Positions 18,502-27,455 of a DNA stretch of 64,000 bases are shown here, in pieces; the stretch's first letter is position 1; each line of letters starts with the position of its first letter. The translations under genes were made by a program, and so were the position numbers. Below the pieces are notes generated by a model. It saw only the letters and a list, made by a program, of their open reading frames with translations. It made no database searches and was not told the origin of the DNA. Source of the stretch: an uncultured Candidatus Saccharibacteria bacterium (GTDB taxonomy: Bacteria > Patescibacteriota > Minisyncoccia > Phycocordibacterales > UBA12088); the NCBI GenBank assembly GCA_964531785.1, contig CAZHFF010000003.1, positions 26,764-90,763 of the forward strand. The letters run 5' to 3'.

Positions 18502-19761
18502 ATGCGAAGCAAGTTCTCTCTCTTGGCCCTGACCGCACTCATCGCTTTTTCTGGAGGGCTCCTCCTCGGGAGCCAGGGTGTTACCCAGGCAACCTGGGTG
18601 CTCTCCGGACCGGAGCGCGCCCCGGAACAGCTCGACCTGGCCCCCGTCTACAAAGCGTGGCGGTTGCTCGAGGAAAAGTACGTTCCCGCCACGACGACCG
18701 ATCCCTTGAGTGCTGAGGACCGCGTGTGGGGGATCATCAAAGGCCTGGCCGCAAGCTACGACGACCCGTACACGACGTTCCTCCCCCCCCAGCAGGCAAC
18801 GAGCTTCGAACAGGACATCAGCGGGGAATTTGGCGGTGTCGGGTTTGAGATCGGTATGCGGCAGGGTATTCTCACGGTCATTGCCCCGCTCAAGGGAACA
18901 CCGGCCGATCGGGCAGGAATACTCGCGGGTGACCTCATTGTGGAGATCGATGGGAAGGGAACGCAGAACATGAGCATCGACGAGGCGATCACCCATTTGC
19001 GCGGGGAGGTCGGCACCGAGGTGGTGCTCACTTTGGCGCGCGAAGGCGAGCGTGAGTTCCTTGAGGTGCCGATCATACGTGACACGATCGTTGTGCCGAC
19101 CCTGGATGCCGAGGTGATCGACGGCGTGTACGTCATCTCGCTCTACAACTTTGGCGGCACGGCGATGCGGGAGATGCGAGGTGCGCTCAGGACGTTCGTT
19201 GCGAGCGGTAACAACAAGTTGATCATAGATCTGCGCGGGAACCCCGGCGGCTACCTCGATGCTGCGGTCGATATGGCGAGCTGGTTCTTGCCGCTCGGCA
19301 AAGCGGTCGTGATCGAGGACTATGGTCCGGGAAAGACCGCACGCACCCATCGTTCGAAGGGGTACGACATCACCAAGACGGATTGGCGCATCGCGGTCCT
19401 TATTGACGGAGGTTCAGCCTCGGCATCCGAGATCCTCGCAGGCGCGCTCGGTGAGCACAAAAAAGCAGTGCTCATCGGGGAGAAGACATTTGGCAAGGGT
19501 TCGGTTCAGGAGCTCGTAGACGTCACACCGGACACGTTCCTGAAGATAACCGTTGCGCGGTGGCTCACGCCGCTCGGGCACTCGATCTCCGAGGCTGGGC
19601 TCATTCCTGATCTGGTCGTTCCGATGACGAGTGAGGATATGGAGCAGGACCGCGACCCGCAGCTTGCGGCAGCGCTCACGTACGTCCGAAACGGCGTGCT
19701 ACCGGAACCCGAGACCACCCCCGAGTCAAATGATGCGGCCGAGGTTGATACTCCGCGATAA
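18502..19761 (+). CDS. S41 family C-terminal processing peptidase
   Basis: Signal/TM segment, a PDZ domain (GTPADRAGILAGDLIVEIDG), DLRGNPGGYL and GGSASASEILAGAL...GEKTFGKG. Extended -10 TGGTACGAT (18487-18495) plus 6 nt plus ATG. Confidence 0.85.
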   Translation: MRSKFSLLALTALIAFSGGLLLGSQGVTQATWVLSGPERAPEQLDLAPVYKAWRLLEEKYVPATTTDPLSAEDRVWGIIKGLAASYDDPYTTFLPPQQATSFEQDISGEFGGVGFEIGMRQGILTVIAPLKGTPADRAGILAGDLIVEIDGKGTQNMSIDEAITHLRGEVGTEVVLTLAREGEREFLEVPIIRDTIVVPTLDAEVIDGVYVISLYNFGGTAMREMRGALRTFVASGNNKLIIDLRGNPGGYLDAAVDMASWFLPLGKAVVIEDYGPGKTARTHRSKGYDITKTDWRIAVLIDGGSASASEILAGALGEHKKAVLIGEKTFGKGSVQELVDVTPDTFLKITVARWLTPLGHSISEAGLIPDLVVPMTSEDMEQDRDPQLAAALTYVRNGVLPEPETTPESNDAAEVDTPR

Positions 19762-19791
19762 GTGCGCTAGTATGGGCTCTACCCAAACGAT

Positions 19792-20235
19792 ATGAAGGTG
19801 ATACTACTCAAGGACGTACCGAAGGTCGGCAGGAAGCTCACTGCCGTGGAAGTTGCTGATGGCTACGCGGCCAACTTCCTGTTCCCAAAGAGGCTCGCTG
19901 AACCTGCGACCGCAACGAAGCTTGCAGAACTGGCCAAGCGACAAGAATCCGCACGTGCCGCTGAGGACGCGCGTCTGGAAGACCTTCGCGAGAAGCTTGC
20001 TGCGCTCGCTGAGGACACGGTCACGCTCGCGGTGAAGGCCGATGATAAGGGGCACCTCTTCAAAAAGGTTCGCGCTTCGGATATCGTCGCGCTCCTTGCG
20101 GATGAGCACGGCATCGTGCTCGATGAAGAGGCGGTCCTGCTTGAGGAGCCGATCAACGAGGTCGGCGAGTACGAGATTCCCCTTGAGGTAGCGGGTGCGA
20201 AGACTGCGCTCACGCTTACGCTGGTCGCTGAGTAG
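19792..20235 (+). CDS. rplI: 50S ribosomal protein L9
   Basis: MKVILLKDVPKVGRK...VADGYAANFLFPKRLA. Confidence 0.9.
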   Translation: MKVILLKDVPKVGRKLTAVEVADGYAANFLFPKRLAEPATATKLAELAKRQESARAAEDARLEDLREKLAALAEDTVTLAVKADDKGHLFKKVRASDIVALLADEHGIVLDEEAVLLEEPINEVGEYEIPLEVAGAKTALTLTLVAE

Positions 20236-20257
20236 CGGTGTAGCGAGGGGAAAGTTG

Positions 20258-20277
20258 AACCGGCGCGCCGGTTTTTT
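20258..20277 (+). terminator. rho-independent terminator after rplI
   Basis: AACCGGCGCGCCGGTT followed by a run of six T. Confidence 0.7.
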
Positions 20278-20355
20278 GGTTCACGGTCGACACTTGTGCA
20301 CCGAGCGTGTCTTCTTTCCATGGTCAACGAACGGTAGTTGCGGTACGCTCTGATC

Positions 20356-21003
20356 ATGTCGTTACTGCAGCTCGTGTCTGTTCGCGAGGCTTCTCCGAGC
20401 ATGATCTTCCTTGTTGGTGCGAACCTGGTGCCGCTCTTCGGTGTGCTCGTGCTCGGGTGGTCCCTCTTTGCGGTCGTCTTTCTCTACTGGGCCGAGAACG
20501 TGGTGATCGGTGTCTTCAATGCGATCCGTATGGGGCAGGCAGCCGGCCCGCCTCCCAAAGAGCAGGCGACGCTGAACGGCAGGTCGTATACACGAGGAGC
20601 TCGTGCTGCGCTCATCGCGTTCTTCGGTGTCCATTACGGGATCTTTACCATCGTGCACGGCGCTTTCATTGTGGCACTGTTCGGTCCGTTCGATCTTGAT
20701 ATGCGTTCGTTCCTCGCTGCCGTTCTCATGCTCGTGCTGAGCCACGGCATATCGTATCGAAAGAACTTCATAGAGGGGGGTGAGTTTCGGCGCGCTCATG
20801 AGACCACGCTCTTCATGCAGCCATACCGGAGGGTCATCCTCTTGCACGTGACCATTCTCTTCGGTGCGGTCCTCGTGGTGCTCCTTGGCGCGCCGCTCGG
20901 TGCGCTTGCGCTGTTCGTCGTACTGAAGACACTGGTCGACCTCTACGCCCATAAGCGCGAACGTGAGCGATTTGGCCGCGTGCGTACGCATCGCTCACCG
21001 TAA
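20356..21003 (+). CDS. polytopic membrane protein (DUF6498-like)
   Basis: FLYWAENVVIGVFN motif and multiple TM helices. TACGCT (20344-20349) plus 6 nt plus ATG at 20356. Confidence 0.5.
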   Translation: MSLLQLVSVREASPSMIFLVGANLVPLFGVLVLGWSLFAVVFLYWAENVVIGVFNAIRMGQAAGPPPKEQATLNGRSYTRGARAALIAFFGVHYGIFTIVHGAFIVALFGPFDLDMRSFLAAVLMLVLSHGISYRKNFIEGGEFRRAHETTLFMQPYRRVILLHVTILFGAVLVVLLGAPLGALALFVVLKTLVDLYAHKRERERFGRVRTHRSP

Positions 21004-21039
21004 GGTCGTTGTGCGCGCACACCGGTCACCTTCCGCATG

Positions 21040-21065
21040 AAAAAGACCTCGCTCGAGGTCTTTTT
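21040..21065. terminator. bidirectional terminator between convergent genes
   Basis: A5, then GACCTC, a 4-nt loop, GAGGTC, then T5. Confidence 0.75.
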
Positions 21066-21073
21066 CGATCGTT

Positions 21074-21346
21074 CTAATTGACATCAACGAGTTTTCTGCG
21101 CTTTACGGTACCGTCGTACTTACTCTTGCGCACCTCGCGGAACGAAACAGTGCCCGGTGCCACCGCGTAGAGGGTGTGGTCTTTGCCCACGCGCACGTTC
21201 TTCCCGGCGAGTATCTTGGTGCCGCGCTGTCGCACAATGACGCTGCCCGGCTGGGCTTTCTCGCCAGCGTACAGCTTGGTGCCCAGGTACTTCGGGTTCG
21301 AGTCGGTGAGGTTTTTTGCTGACCCCCCAGCTTTTCTATGTGCCAT
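21074..21346 (-). CDS. rpmA: 50S ribosomal protein L27
   Basis: [12 protein letters not shown]...GTKLYAGE...IVRQRGTK. Confidence 0.9.
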   Translation of the reverse strand: MAHRKAGGSAKNLTDSNPKYLGTKLYAGEKAQPGSVIVRQRGTKILAGKNVRVGKDHTLYAVAPGTVSFREVRKSKYDGTVKRRKLVDVN

Positions 21347-21445
21347 AGGATGAAACGATTGCTAAAAAATAAAGCAAAAAGCAGATCTAGAGTACCACCT
21401 CGACGCTTTCTCGGGCACCGGTGTGCCTGCTATACTGAAGGTACC

Positions 21446-21820
21446 GTGGAACACAGGATACCAGACTTATTGCGCACACGCAAGGCTCGCGACGGAGCCA
21501 CAGTTGTCGTGATCTTGCTCCTCGCCGGTGTGTCGTTCTGCCTCGGCAGGCTCTCGGTCGGAAGTGTTGTGAATGCCACTGCCGTGTACGCGCCCCCTGC
21601 GGCTTCTATGCTCGTTACGAGGGCCGACGTCCGCGGGGAAGCGGTACCCGGGTCTCTCACAGGGGGTGCCTATGTCGGGTCGAAGAACGGCACTGCGTAC
21701 CACTTGCCCTGGTGTAGCGGCGCGGCGCGGATCAAAGATGAGAACAAGGTATGGTTCGCAAGTAAAGCTGAGGCGGAGGCGAAGGGGTACCGGCCGGCCG
21801 CGAACTGTAAGGGGATCTGA
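21446..21820 (+). CDS. membrane-anchored protein with C-terminal YHxPxC...GYRP metal-binding-like ('sunset'/Ada-type) domain
   Basis: TM helix, then GTAYHLPWCSGAARIKDENKVWFASKAEAEAKGYRPAANC. GTG start chosen because extended -10 TGCTATACT (21428-21436) lies 9 nt upstream. The ORF track starts at 21338. Confidence 0.45.
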   Translation: MEHRIPDLLRTRKARDGATVVVILLLAGVSFCLGRLSVGSVVNATAVYAPPAASMLVTRADVRGEAVPGSLTGGAYVGSKNGTAYHLPWCSGAARIKDENKVWFASKAEAEAKGYRPAANCKGI

Positions 21821-21827
21821 ACCTGTC

Positions 21828-22883
21828 ATGCGCACGACCATGCATCCCGAATACCTCGCGCGCCGCCGCCGCGCACGTGTCATCGGCTTCACGCTGCTTG
21901 CGCTCGGTGTGCTGGGTTCGCTCCTGCCGTTCATTCAAGGCTTCGTGCTCATTCTCGCGGGGCTTACCGTTCTGTCGCCCTTCGTGAGCTTCGTGAAAGG
22001 TATTCGCACCGTGTTCGCGCTCGCGTTTCCCGGTGTCGTCACCAGGCTGCTTCGGTATGAGACCAAACTGCTCAACCTGCTGCGCCTTGTACCGTACAAG
22101 CGCACCTATGCCACTGAGAAGAACCGTCACGGGCTCGACCTTTCGCTCATACTGGAGCCGTCCGAGATCGGTGCCGGTGTCGCGGTCCTGCTCCACGGCG
22201 CGAGCGGTACCAAGGATACGCACCTCCTCGATACGCTCGCGATGCGCTGTCAGGAACGGGGCTTGTCCGTGGTTCGGTTTGATGCTTCGCATGGCCTGGG
22301 AGAGAGCGCCGGAACGTATGCTCAGTTCACTCCCTCGAACTACCTCGAGGATCTCGAGGATGTGCTCGCGTGGGTCGCCGAGCAAGAATGGTACACGGGT
22401 AACCTCGTCCTCGTCGGTCACAGTGTCGGTGGCACGGTCGCGTCGCTCTTTGCAGCGGATCATCCGGAACGGGTCACCGAGCTCGTTCTGGTCGCCCCCA
22501 CGGTCTCCGGTGCTCGCTATGAAGCCGCATGTAAACGGCACGATCCCGATGGCTTCGTGCGTTGGCGTGAACAGGGTTTCCGTACCGTCAAGGATCCTCA
22601 GACGGGAGCGAAGAAAGAGCTCTCGTTCGACTTCGTCCGAGACTTGGCACACTATGACCTGGTACCGATCGCGGAAAAGCTCACCATGCCGGTAACTATA
22701 CTCCACGGCGACAATGACCGGACGACCTTGCGCGAAGATGTCGAGGCGCTTACCGAAGGTCTATCGCATGCGCTCGTGATTCCCGTTCAGGGTATGCGCC
22801 ATACGCCTACGACTCCGCGCGAGTACCACGAGCTTCGCGAGGGGCTCGAGCGGTGGGGAGCGAACGAAACCCAAGGAGAGTAG
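21828..22883 (+). CDS. alpha/beta hydrolase with N-terminal membrane segment
   Basis: N-terminal TM pair, LLHGASGTKD and nucleophile elbow GHSVGG. Confidence 0.65.
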   Translation: MRTTMHPEYLARRRRARVIGFTLLALGVLGSLLPFIQGFVLILAGLTVLSPFVSFVKGIRTVFALAFPGVVTRLLRYETKLLNLLRLVPYKRTYATEKNRHGLDLSLILEPSEIGAGVAVLLHGASGTKDTHLLDTLAMRCQERGLSVVRFDASHGLGESAGTYAQFTPSNYLEDLEDVLAWVAEQEWYTGNLVLVGHSVGGTVASLFAADHPERVTELVLVAPTVSGARYEAACKRHDPDGFVRWREQGFRTVKDPQTGAKKELSFDFVRDLAHYDLVPIAEKLTMPVTILHGDNDRTTLREDVEALTEGLSHALVIPVQGMRHTPTTPREYHELREGLERWGANETQGE

Positions 22884-22931
22884 CACACGCTCAAGTGTGG
22901 TATGCTCGTGGGAGAAACGGAGCATGACCTC

Positions 22932-24029
22932 ATGGAACAGCAGCGTGTGCGGCCTCGCCGGCCGAGCGTTTCGCGTGTCGACCTCGGCACGCTCATTGTC
23001 TTGCGGCAACCTCGAAAGTCCTTTGACGGGATCGAGGAGCTTGCGGAGGATATCTACCTGAAAGGCGGCATGCTCATGCTGCCGATCGTGGCTTCTTTTG
23101 GAGAGCAAAGGTTCGTGGAGTATCTTGAGACCGTTAACCACGTGTATGGTACGGAATATGCGATCGTCGACCACCACACTAACCGTGCAAGTGACGGGCG
23201 TTTCCAGGTGCTCCTGGCGGGCGAGCGTCGAACACGTGCATACCGGCTGCTCATCGAGGAGGGCAGAGCGGAGTCATGGTACTGGGCCGATGTGCGGCGA
23301 TCGATAGAACCGCGTGCCGCACTCGAGATCCAGCTTGCAGAGAATACCCACCGACAGGTGCCGCCTCATGAGGAAGCGGACGCGATCGACCGGCTCTTTC
23401 GGTACGAACGGACCTGTCATGGTACGACACTCACTTTGTTCGCAAAACGGATCGGCCGGTCGAGTTCGTGGGTGCGGAACGCTCTGCGATACATCGAGCT
23501 GCCGGAGCAGGTGCAGGTGTTGGTAAGACAGGGGTACTTGCCATATGGCGGTGCAGTGCAGATCGCACGGCTCCGACGTGTGCAGAGCGACGACGAGACG
23601 CTCCTGAACTGGGCTACGTCCTGTCTTGCTGCGCGCCTCAGCGTTGCGGAGCTGCGCGCGCGAGTGGACCGTTACCTGCTTGAAAAAGAGGAGGGCCAGA
23701 CATCGCTCCTGTCGCTCTTCGAAGGGGAGCGTGATCATATCGGAGCACGGCTCGCGCGAAGGAAGACCGTCGAGGGTCACGTGGTCCGCATCCATTGGCA
23801 GAATGAGGCGTACCTTCGCCTGGTGCTCGACCTTCTTGAACGAGGGCTACTCCTCCGTGAGGACAGTCCCTACGCGAGCGGAAGTCCGCGTCGCTTGGCT
23901 CGTTCGCAGCTCGGTACGCTCATCGCAGTCGCTCAACATCTGGTGCGCGGAGCGCGTGGCGTAACCGAAGAGCTCCGCGAGCTGGTCGCTTTGCTTGACC
24001 GACTTGAGCAGACTGAAGGCCTGTTGTGA
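22932..24029 (+). CDS. ParB/Srx-like nuclease-domain protein with HTH
   Basis: LLAGERRTRA (the ParB GERR box) and RIGRSSSWVRNALRYIELP (HTH). No parA is adjacent. The start could instead be 22902 or 22908. Confidence 0.6.
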   Translation: MEQQRVRPRRPSVSRVDLGTLIVLRQPRKSFDGIEELAEDIYLKGGMLMLPIVASFGEQRFVEYLETVNHVYGTEYAIVDHHTNRASDGRFQVLLAGERRTRAYRLLIEEGRAESWYWADVRRSIEPRAALEIQLAENTHRQVPPHEEADAIDRLFRYERTCHGTTLTLFAKRIGRSSSWVRNALRYIELPEQVQVLVRQGYLPYGGAVQIARLRRVQSDDETLLNWATSCLAARLSVAELRARVDRYLLEKEEGQTSLLSLFEGERDHIGARLARRKTVEGHVVRIHWQNEAYLRLVLDLLERGLLLREDSPYASGSPRRLARSQLGTLIAVAQHLVRGARGVTEELRELVALLDRLEQTEGLL

Positions 24030-24040
24030 GACAGGCCTTC
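24015..24040 (+). terminator. hairpin overlapping the ParB-like stop codon (weak terminator)
   Basis: 10-bp stem GAAGGCCTGT/ACAGGCCTTC. No clear T-tract follows. Confidence 0.35.
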
Positions 24041-24069
24041 GTTCCGTAAAATAGCTATCATATCGCACC

Positions 24070-24672
24070 ATGATCATCGTCGACGTCGAAGCATCCGGAG
24101 TTAACTACGAAAAGCACTCGATCCTCTCGGTCGGTGCGCTGGACCTTGAGCAGCCGGAGCTTCGGTTCTATCGGGAGTGCCGGGTTTGGGACGGCGCCCA
24201 CATCGATGACGAAGCGCTCGCCGTATGCGGCTTCACACGGGAAGAGGCGACCGACAGCGCGAAGGATACTGAGGCGCAGCTCGTAGCACAGTTCCTGACC
24301 TGGGCTGACGGCGCTGAAGATCAAACGCTCGCGGGTCAGAACGTTTCCTTCGATCGCGATTTCCTTCGTGCTGCTGCGGAGCGGGCAGGGTACAACTGGC
24401 CGTTCGCGTACCGCACGCTCGACACGCACTCGCTCGCTTACCTGCATATGGTGGAGCGGGGAATACCGGTGCCCCAGAAGAACCGGCACAGCGGACTCGA
24501 CCTGGACGCGGTGCTCGTGTACGTCGGCATACCCCAGGAACCGCAACCGCACAATGCGCTGACCGGCGCACTCTGTCATGCGGAAGTGATCTCACGACTA
24601 CTTTTCGGCAAAAAGCTCCTTCAGGAATTCGTGCAGTACGACCTGCCTGACCCGATACAAAAACGGTACTAA
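24070..24672 (+). CDS. DEDDh 3'-5' exonuclease (DnaQ-like)
   Basis: IIVDVEASG (Exo I), GQNVSFDRDFL (Exo II) and HNALTGALCHAEV (Exo III). TATCAT (24056-24061) plus 8 nt plus ATG. Confidence 0.8.
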   Translation: MIIVDVEASGVNYEKHSILSVGALDLEQPELRFYRECRVWDGAHIDDEALAVCGFTREEATDSAKDTEAQLVAQFLTWADGAEDQTLAGQNVSFDRDFLRAAAERAGYNWPFAYRTLDTHSLAYLHMVERGIPVPQKNRHSGLDLDAVLVYVGIPQEPQPHNALTGALCHAEVISRLLFGKKLLQEFVQYDLPDPIQKRY

Positions 24673-24686
24673 GTACCTTTTCTTGT
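24656..24686. repeat. palindromic element, copy a (core GGTACTAAGTACC at 24665-24677)
   Basis: ACAAAAACGGTACTAAGTACCTTTTCTTGT. It contains the exonuclease stop codon and is imperfect, with a 1-nt bulge. Confidence 0.8.
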
Positions 24687-24757
24687 CGTCGATACATGAC
24701 CATCGCCTGGGCAGCTGTTGAGGTAACAGCCTAGGTACAGGGAGTATAGTACAGAGC

Positions 24758-24794
24758 TTCCCATAAAAAGGTACTTAGTACCTTTTTATGGGAA
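24758..24794. repeat. palindromic element, copy b (inverted core GGTACTTAGTACC at 24770-24782)
   Basis: Perfect 17-bp stem TTCCCATAAAAAGGTAC / GTACCTTTTTATGGGAA with a 3-nt loop. Confidence 0.85.
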
Positions 24795-24795
24795 A

Positions 24796-24820
24796 GGGCC
24801 TGTTCAGTACGAACAGGCCC
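24796..24820 (-). terminator. hairpin downstream of the 24832-25509 gene
   Basis: 10-bp stem GGGCCTGTTC/GAACAGGCCC. On the minus strand it is followed by a short TTT. Confidence 0.5.
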
Positions 24821-24831
24821 CGTTTGTGCGG

Positions 24832-25509
24832 CTATCCGATCCGCAACTTTCTCCTTTTGAACGCTTTTGGTCTAGGCACGTCCTTGTAGATGCGCCGCCC
24901 ATTTTTTTCCTTGGTCACTTTCCAGTAGGTCGCCGTTTCTTCGGCGAGCTGCCAACCTCCTTCCACCCAGCGCTGGAGTATTGGCTCGACGGTTGGTGTG
25001 ACGGGCTCTTTCAGCTGTGGCTCGTAGAAACCTAGATCCCTGGTGAACTTGATCGATTCCGGTGTGATCACGACTGCTGCGTTTGCTTGGCAGACGTCAT
25101 AGTGGAACCAGCGGTTCTGGCCGGCTTGTTCCTGCAGTCCGGGCAGGGGCTCGACGACGAACAGCCGGTGGAGACTGTCCTCTTCGCGTGGATGCCGCAC
25201 GTAGACCACATCCACATAGTCTTCCTGTGCCCCGTCTTTGCGCCGGCGTTTCAGGATTGAAACACGGGCGACGATGGTCCGACCACGGAGCGTCGCGACA
25301 TCCGGGCCGTGCACATAGACCCACACACGCCCCCCACCCTGGAAGTGGAACGGGACGGAGAGGTATGGCGCAAGGCCGACCTCAGGTCGCCCGGCATGCC
25401 AGGTCGCGCCCTTGGGCACACTATACCTTATTGCATGCTCGGCCGTGGCTGTAAGCCTGCGGGATTCGACCGGGTTTTCAACGGGTCGTTTCTCAGCATG
25501 TTCGGTCAT
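24832..25509 (-). CDS. hypothetical protein (orphan, basic C-terminus)
   Basis: SD GGGAG lies 7 nt upstream of the ATG at 25509. No recognisable motif. The C-terminus is KAFKRRKLRIG. Confidence 0.5.
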   Translation of the reverse strand: MTEHAEKRPVENPVESRRLTATAEHAIRYSVPKGATWHAGRPEVGLAPYLSVPFHFQGGGRVWVYVHGPDVATLRGRTIVARVSILKRRRKDGAQEDYVDVVYVRHPREEDSLHRLFVVEPLPGLQEQAGQNRWFHYDVCQANAAVVITPESIKFTRDLGFYEPQLKEPVTPTVEPILQRWVEGGWQLAEETATYWKVTKEKNGRRIYKDVPRPKAFKRRKLRIG

Positions 25510-25658
25510 TTCGGACTCCCGTACCTCCGTACCTCGTGTTGATATATCTCGCATATTGATAACATATACGGAGCGAAAAGTCAAGTACCCTGTATCGCCC
25601 CCCGCTCCAGTTGTTGATTGCCGGCTCCACAACGTACGGCCGTGCTATACTGTTTCGT

Positions 25659-26405
25659 ATGGAGCAGATGTCCGTACCCAAACGCCCACCGGTCGAGCAC
25701 GAGCTGTTCCAGCAAGGCGACGAGGACATATCGCTCACCTCATGGCGGATATTCCGCATCATGGCAGAGTTCGTGTCCGGTTTTGAACTCTTGCGCCGGT
25801 ACCGGCTCGCTGCTTCGGTGTTCGGTTCGGCACGAGTGCTCCCGGACAACCACTGGTACCAGGAGTCACAGAAGCTCGGCCGGCTCTTGGCACAGGACGG
25901 GTTCGCGATCATTACCGGTGGAGGCGGCGGCATCATGGGTGCAGCGAACAAGGGAGCCTATGAAGCAGGCGGTGATTCGGTCGGACTCAATATCAAGCTG
26001 CCGCACGAACAGAAGCTTAATGGGTACGTCACCGATTCGGAGACATTCCATTACTTCTTTCCCCGCAAGGTGATGCTCTCGTTCGCGAGCGAGGTGTACG
26101 TGTACTTTCCCGGCGGCTTCGGGACCCTCGACGAGTTCTTCGAAATTCTCACCCTGGTACAGACGAAAAAGATCGCCCAGATCCCGATCATTCTTGTCGG
26201 CCGGGCGTTCTGGGAGCCGCTCACCGTATGGTTCAGGAAGAGCCTTCTCGAGCAGGAAGGCGCTATCTCACCCCAGGACCTCGACCTGTTCTACCTGGTG
26301 GACAGCGCGGACGAAGCCCATGCACTCATCTGTAAGCTCGACGGTACGTCGAGGGAACGAACGGTACGTAGCGAGCTCGGCGTTCCTGAACAGGATCGCG
26401 GCTAA
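25659..26405 (+). CDS. LOG family (TIGR00730) nucleotide phosphoribohydrolase
   Basis: VFGSAR, ITGGGGGIMGAANKGA and PGGFGTLDEFFE. TATACT (25646-25651) plus 7 nt plus ATG. Confidence 0.85.
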   Translation: MEQMSVPKRPPVEHELFQQGDEDISLTSWRIFRIMAEFVSGFELLRRYRLAASVFGSARVLPDNHWYQESQKLGRLLAQDGFAIITGGGGGIMGAANKGAYEAGGDSVGLNIKLPHEQKLNGYVTDSETFHYFFPRKVMLSFASEVYVYFPGGFGTLDEFFEILTLVQTKKIAQIPIILVGRAFWEPLTVWFRKSLLEQEGAISPQDLDLFYLVDSADEAHALICKLDGTSRERTVRSELGVPEQDRG

Positions 26406-26428
26406 CGGCGCATGTCTTGGTAAATCTT

Positions 26429-27286
26429 ATGTACGCATACTTTGACATCGGTGGCACAAAGACACGTATCGCGGTCTCTGAGGACGGCGACCGCCTGAGC
26501 GACGTTGTAAAGTTTGACACCCCTCAGGATTTCGACGAGGGCATCGCTCTCATACTCCGTGCTGTCGCTGAGCTTTCGCAAGGAGCAACGGTCAGAGCGA
26601 TCGGGGGAGGTCTAGCCGGACCTCTCGACCGGGAGCATACTATGCTGGTCAATGCACCCCATCTACCCGGATGGATCAGGAAACCTTTCTCCGAGCGCCT
26701 CAAAGCAGAACTAGCCTGTCCCGTATTCCTCGAGAACGATAGCGCTATCGTCGCTCTCGGCGAAGCGCACCATGGTGCGGGAAAGGGGGACGATATCATG
26801 GCATACCTGACCGTTTCGACCGGTATGGGAGGCGCACGTATCGTTCATGGTGCTATTGACGTGAATGTCTTCGGGTTCGAGCCTGGCCATCAGTACATAG
26901 ATTTCGATACATCTGCCTACGGAGGAGCACTGTCAGGGCTTGCGCAAGACTACCTCTCCGGTACGGCGACCGCGCGTCGGTTCAACAAGAAGGCGTATGA
27001 GGTCGACGATCCGGCCGTTTGGGAGGAACTAGCCCGTTGGCTGGCCTATGCCCTGAACAACACGATCGTGCACTGGTCACCCCAGAGCGTTGTGCTGGGC
27101 GGTTCGATGATCGTAGGTGATCCGGCGATCCCGCTTGAGCGTGTGGAATACCATATGAACGAGGTGTGTCAGATCTTTTCCTCTCGACCTGTACTCAAGC
27201 AGGCTCTTTTGAAGGACCGTGGTGGCATTTACGGTGCCATGACCTACGTTGCTCAGCAGATAGCTCGCGGAGGCCTGTCTGTTTAG
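26429..27286 (+). CDS. ROK family sugar kinase (glucokinase-like)
   Basis: FDIGGTKTRIAV and LENDSAIVALGE. Confidence 0.8.
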   Translation: MYAYFDIGGTKTRIAVSEDGDRLSDVVKFDTPQDFDEGIALILRAVAELSQGATVRAIGGGLAGPLDREHTMLVNAPHLPGWIRKPFSERLKAELACPVFLENDSAIVALGEAHHGAGKGDDIMAYLTVSTGMGGARIVHGAIDVNVFGFEPGHQYIDFDTSAYGGALSGLAQDYLSGTATARRFNKKAYEVDDPAVWEELARWLAYALNNTIVHWSPQSVVLGGSMIVGDPAIPLERVEYHMNEVCQIFSSRPVLKQALLKDRGGIYGAMTYVAQQIARGGLSV

Positions 27287-27413
27287 TCGGCAACGCTGAC
27301 GCTGCTGCAAGTTTCGTATTGCGGCTTGAAATAAGGGTTATTCTGGCCCGCTGGTGTTGCGTGGTTGGCCGTGCCAGAGGCTCCGACAGCTAAGATAAGA
27401 ACACAAAAAAAGC

Positions 27414-27442
27414 TTGCGTGTCAATAGCTTCTGTGCTATACT
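27414..27442 (+). promoter_or_regulatory. sigma70-like promoter (TTGCGT, 17 nt spacer, TATACT)
   Basis: TTGCGT at 27414-27419 and TATACT at 27437-27442. Confidence 0.5.
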
Positions 27443-27455
27443 GCCTGCCTTGCCC

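Noticed and set aside
18136-19350. 404-aa ORF spanning the corA 5' end and antisense to the S41 peptidase
   Set aside because: It crosses a divergent promoter region and overlaps two well-supported genes, so it is a shadow ORF. The same applies to 21732-22706(-), 38208-39176(-), 46627-47940(-), 52401-53291(-), 44778-45731(+) and 28353-29000(-).
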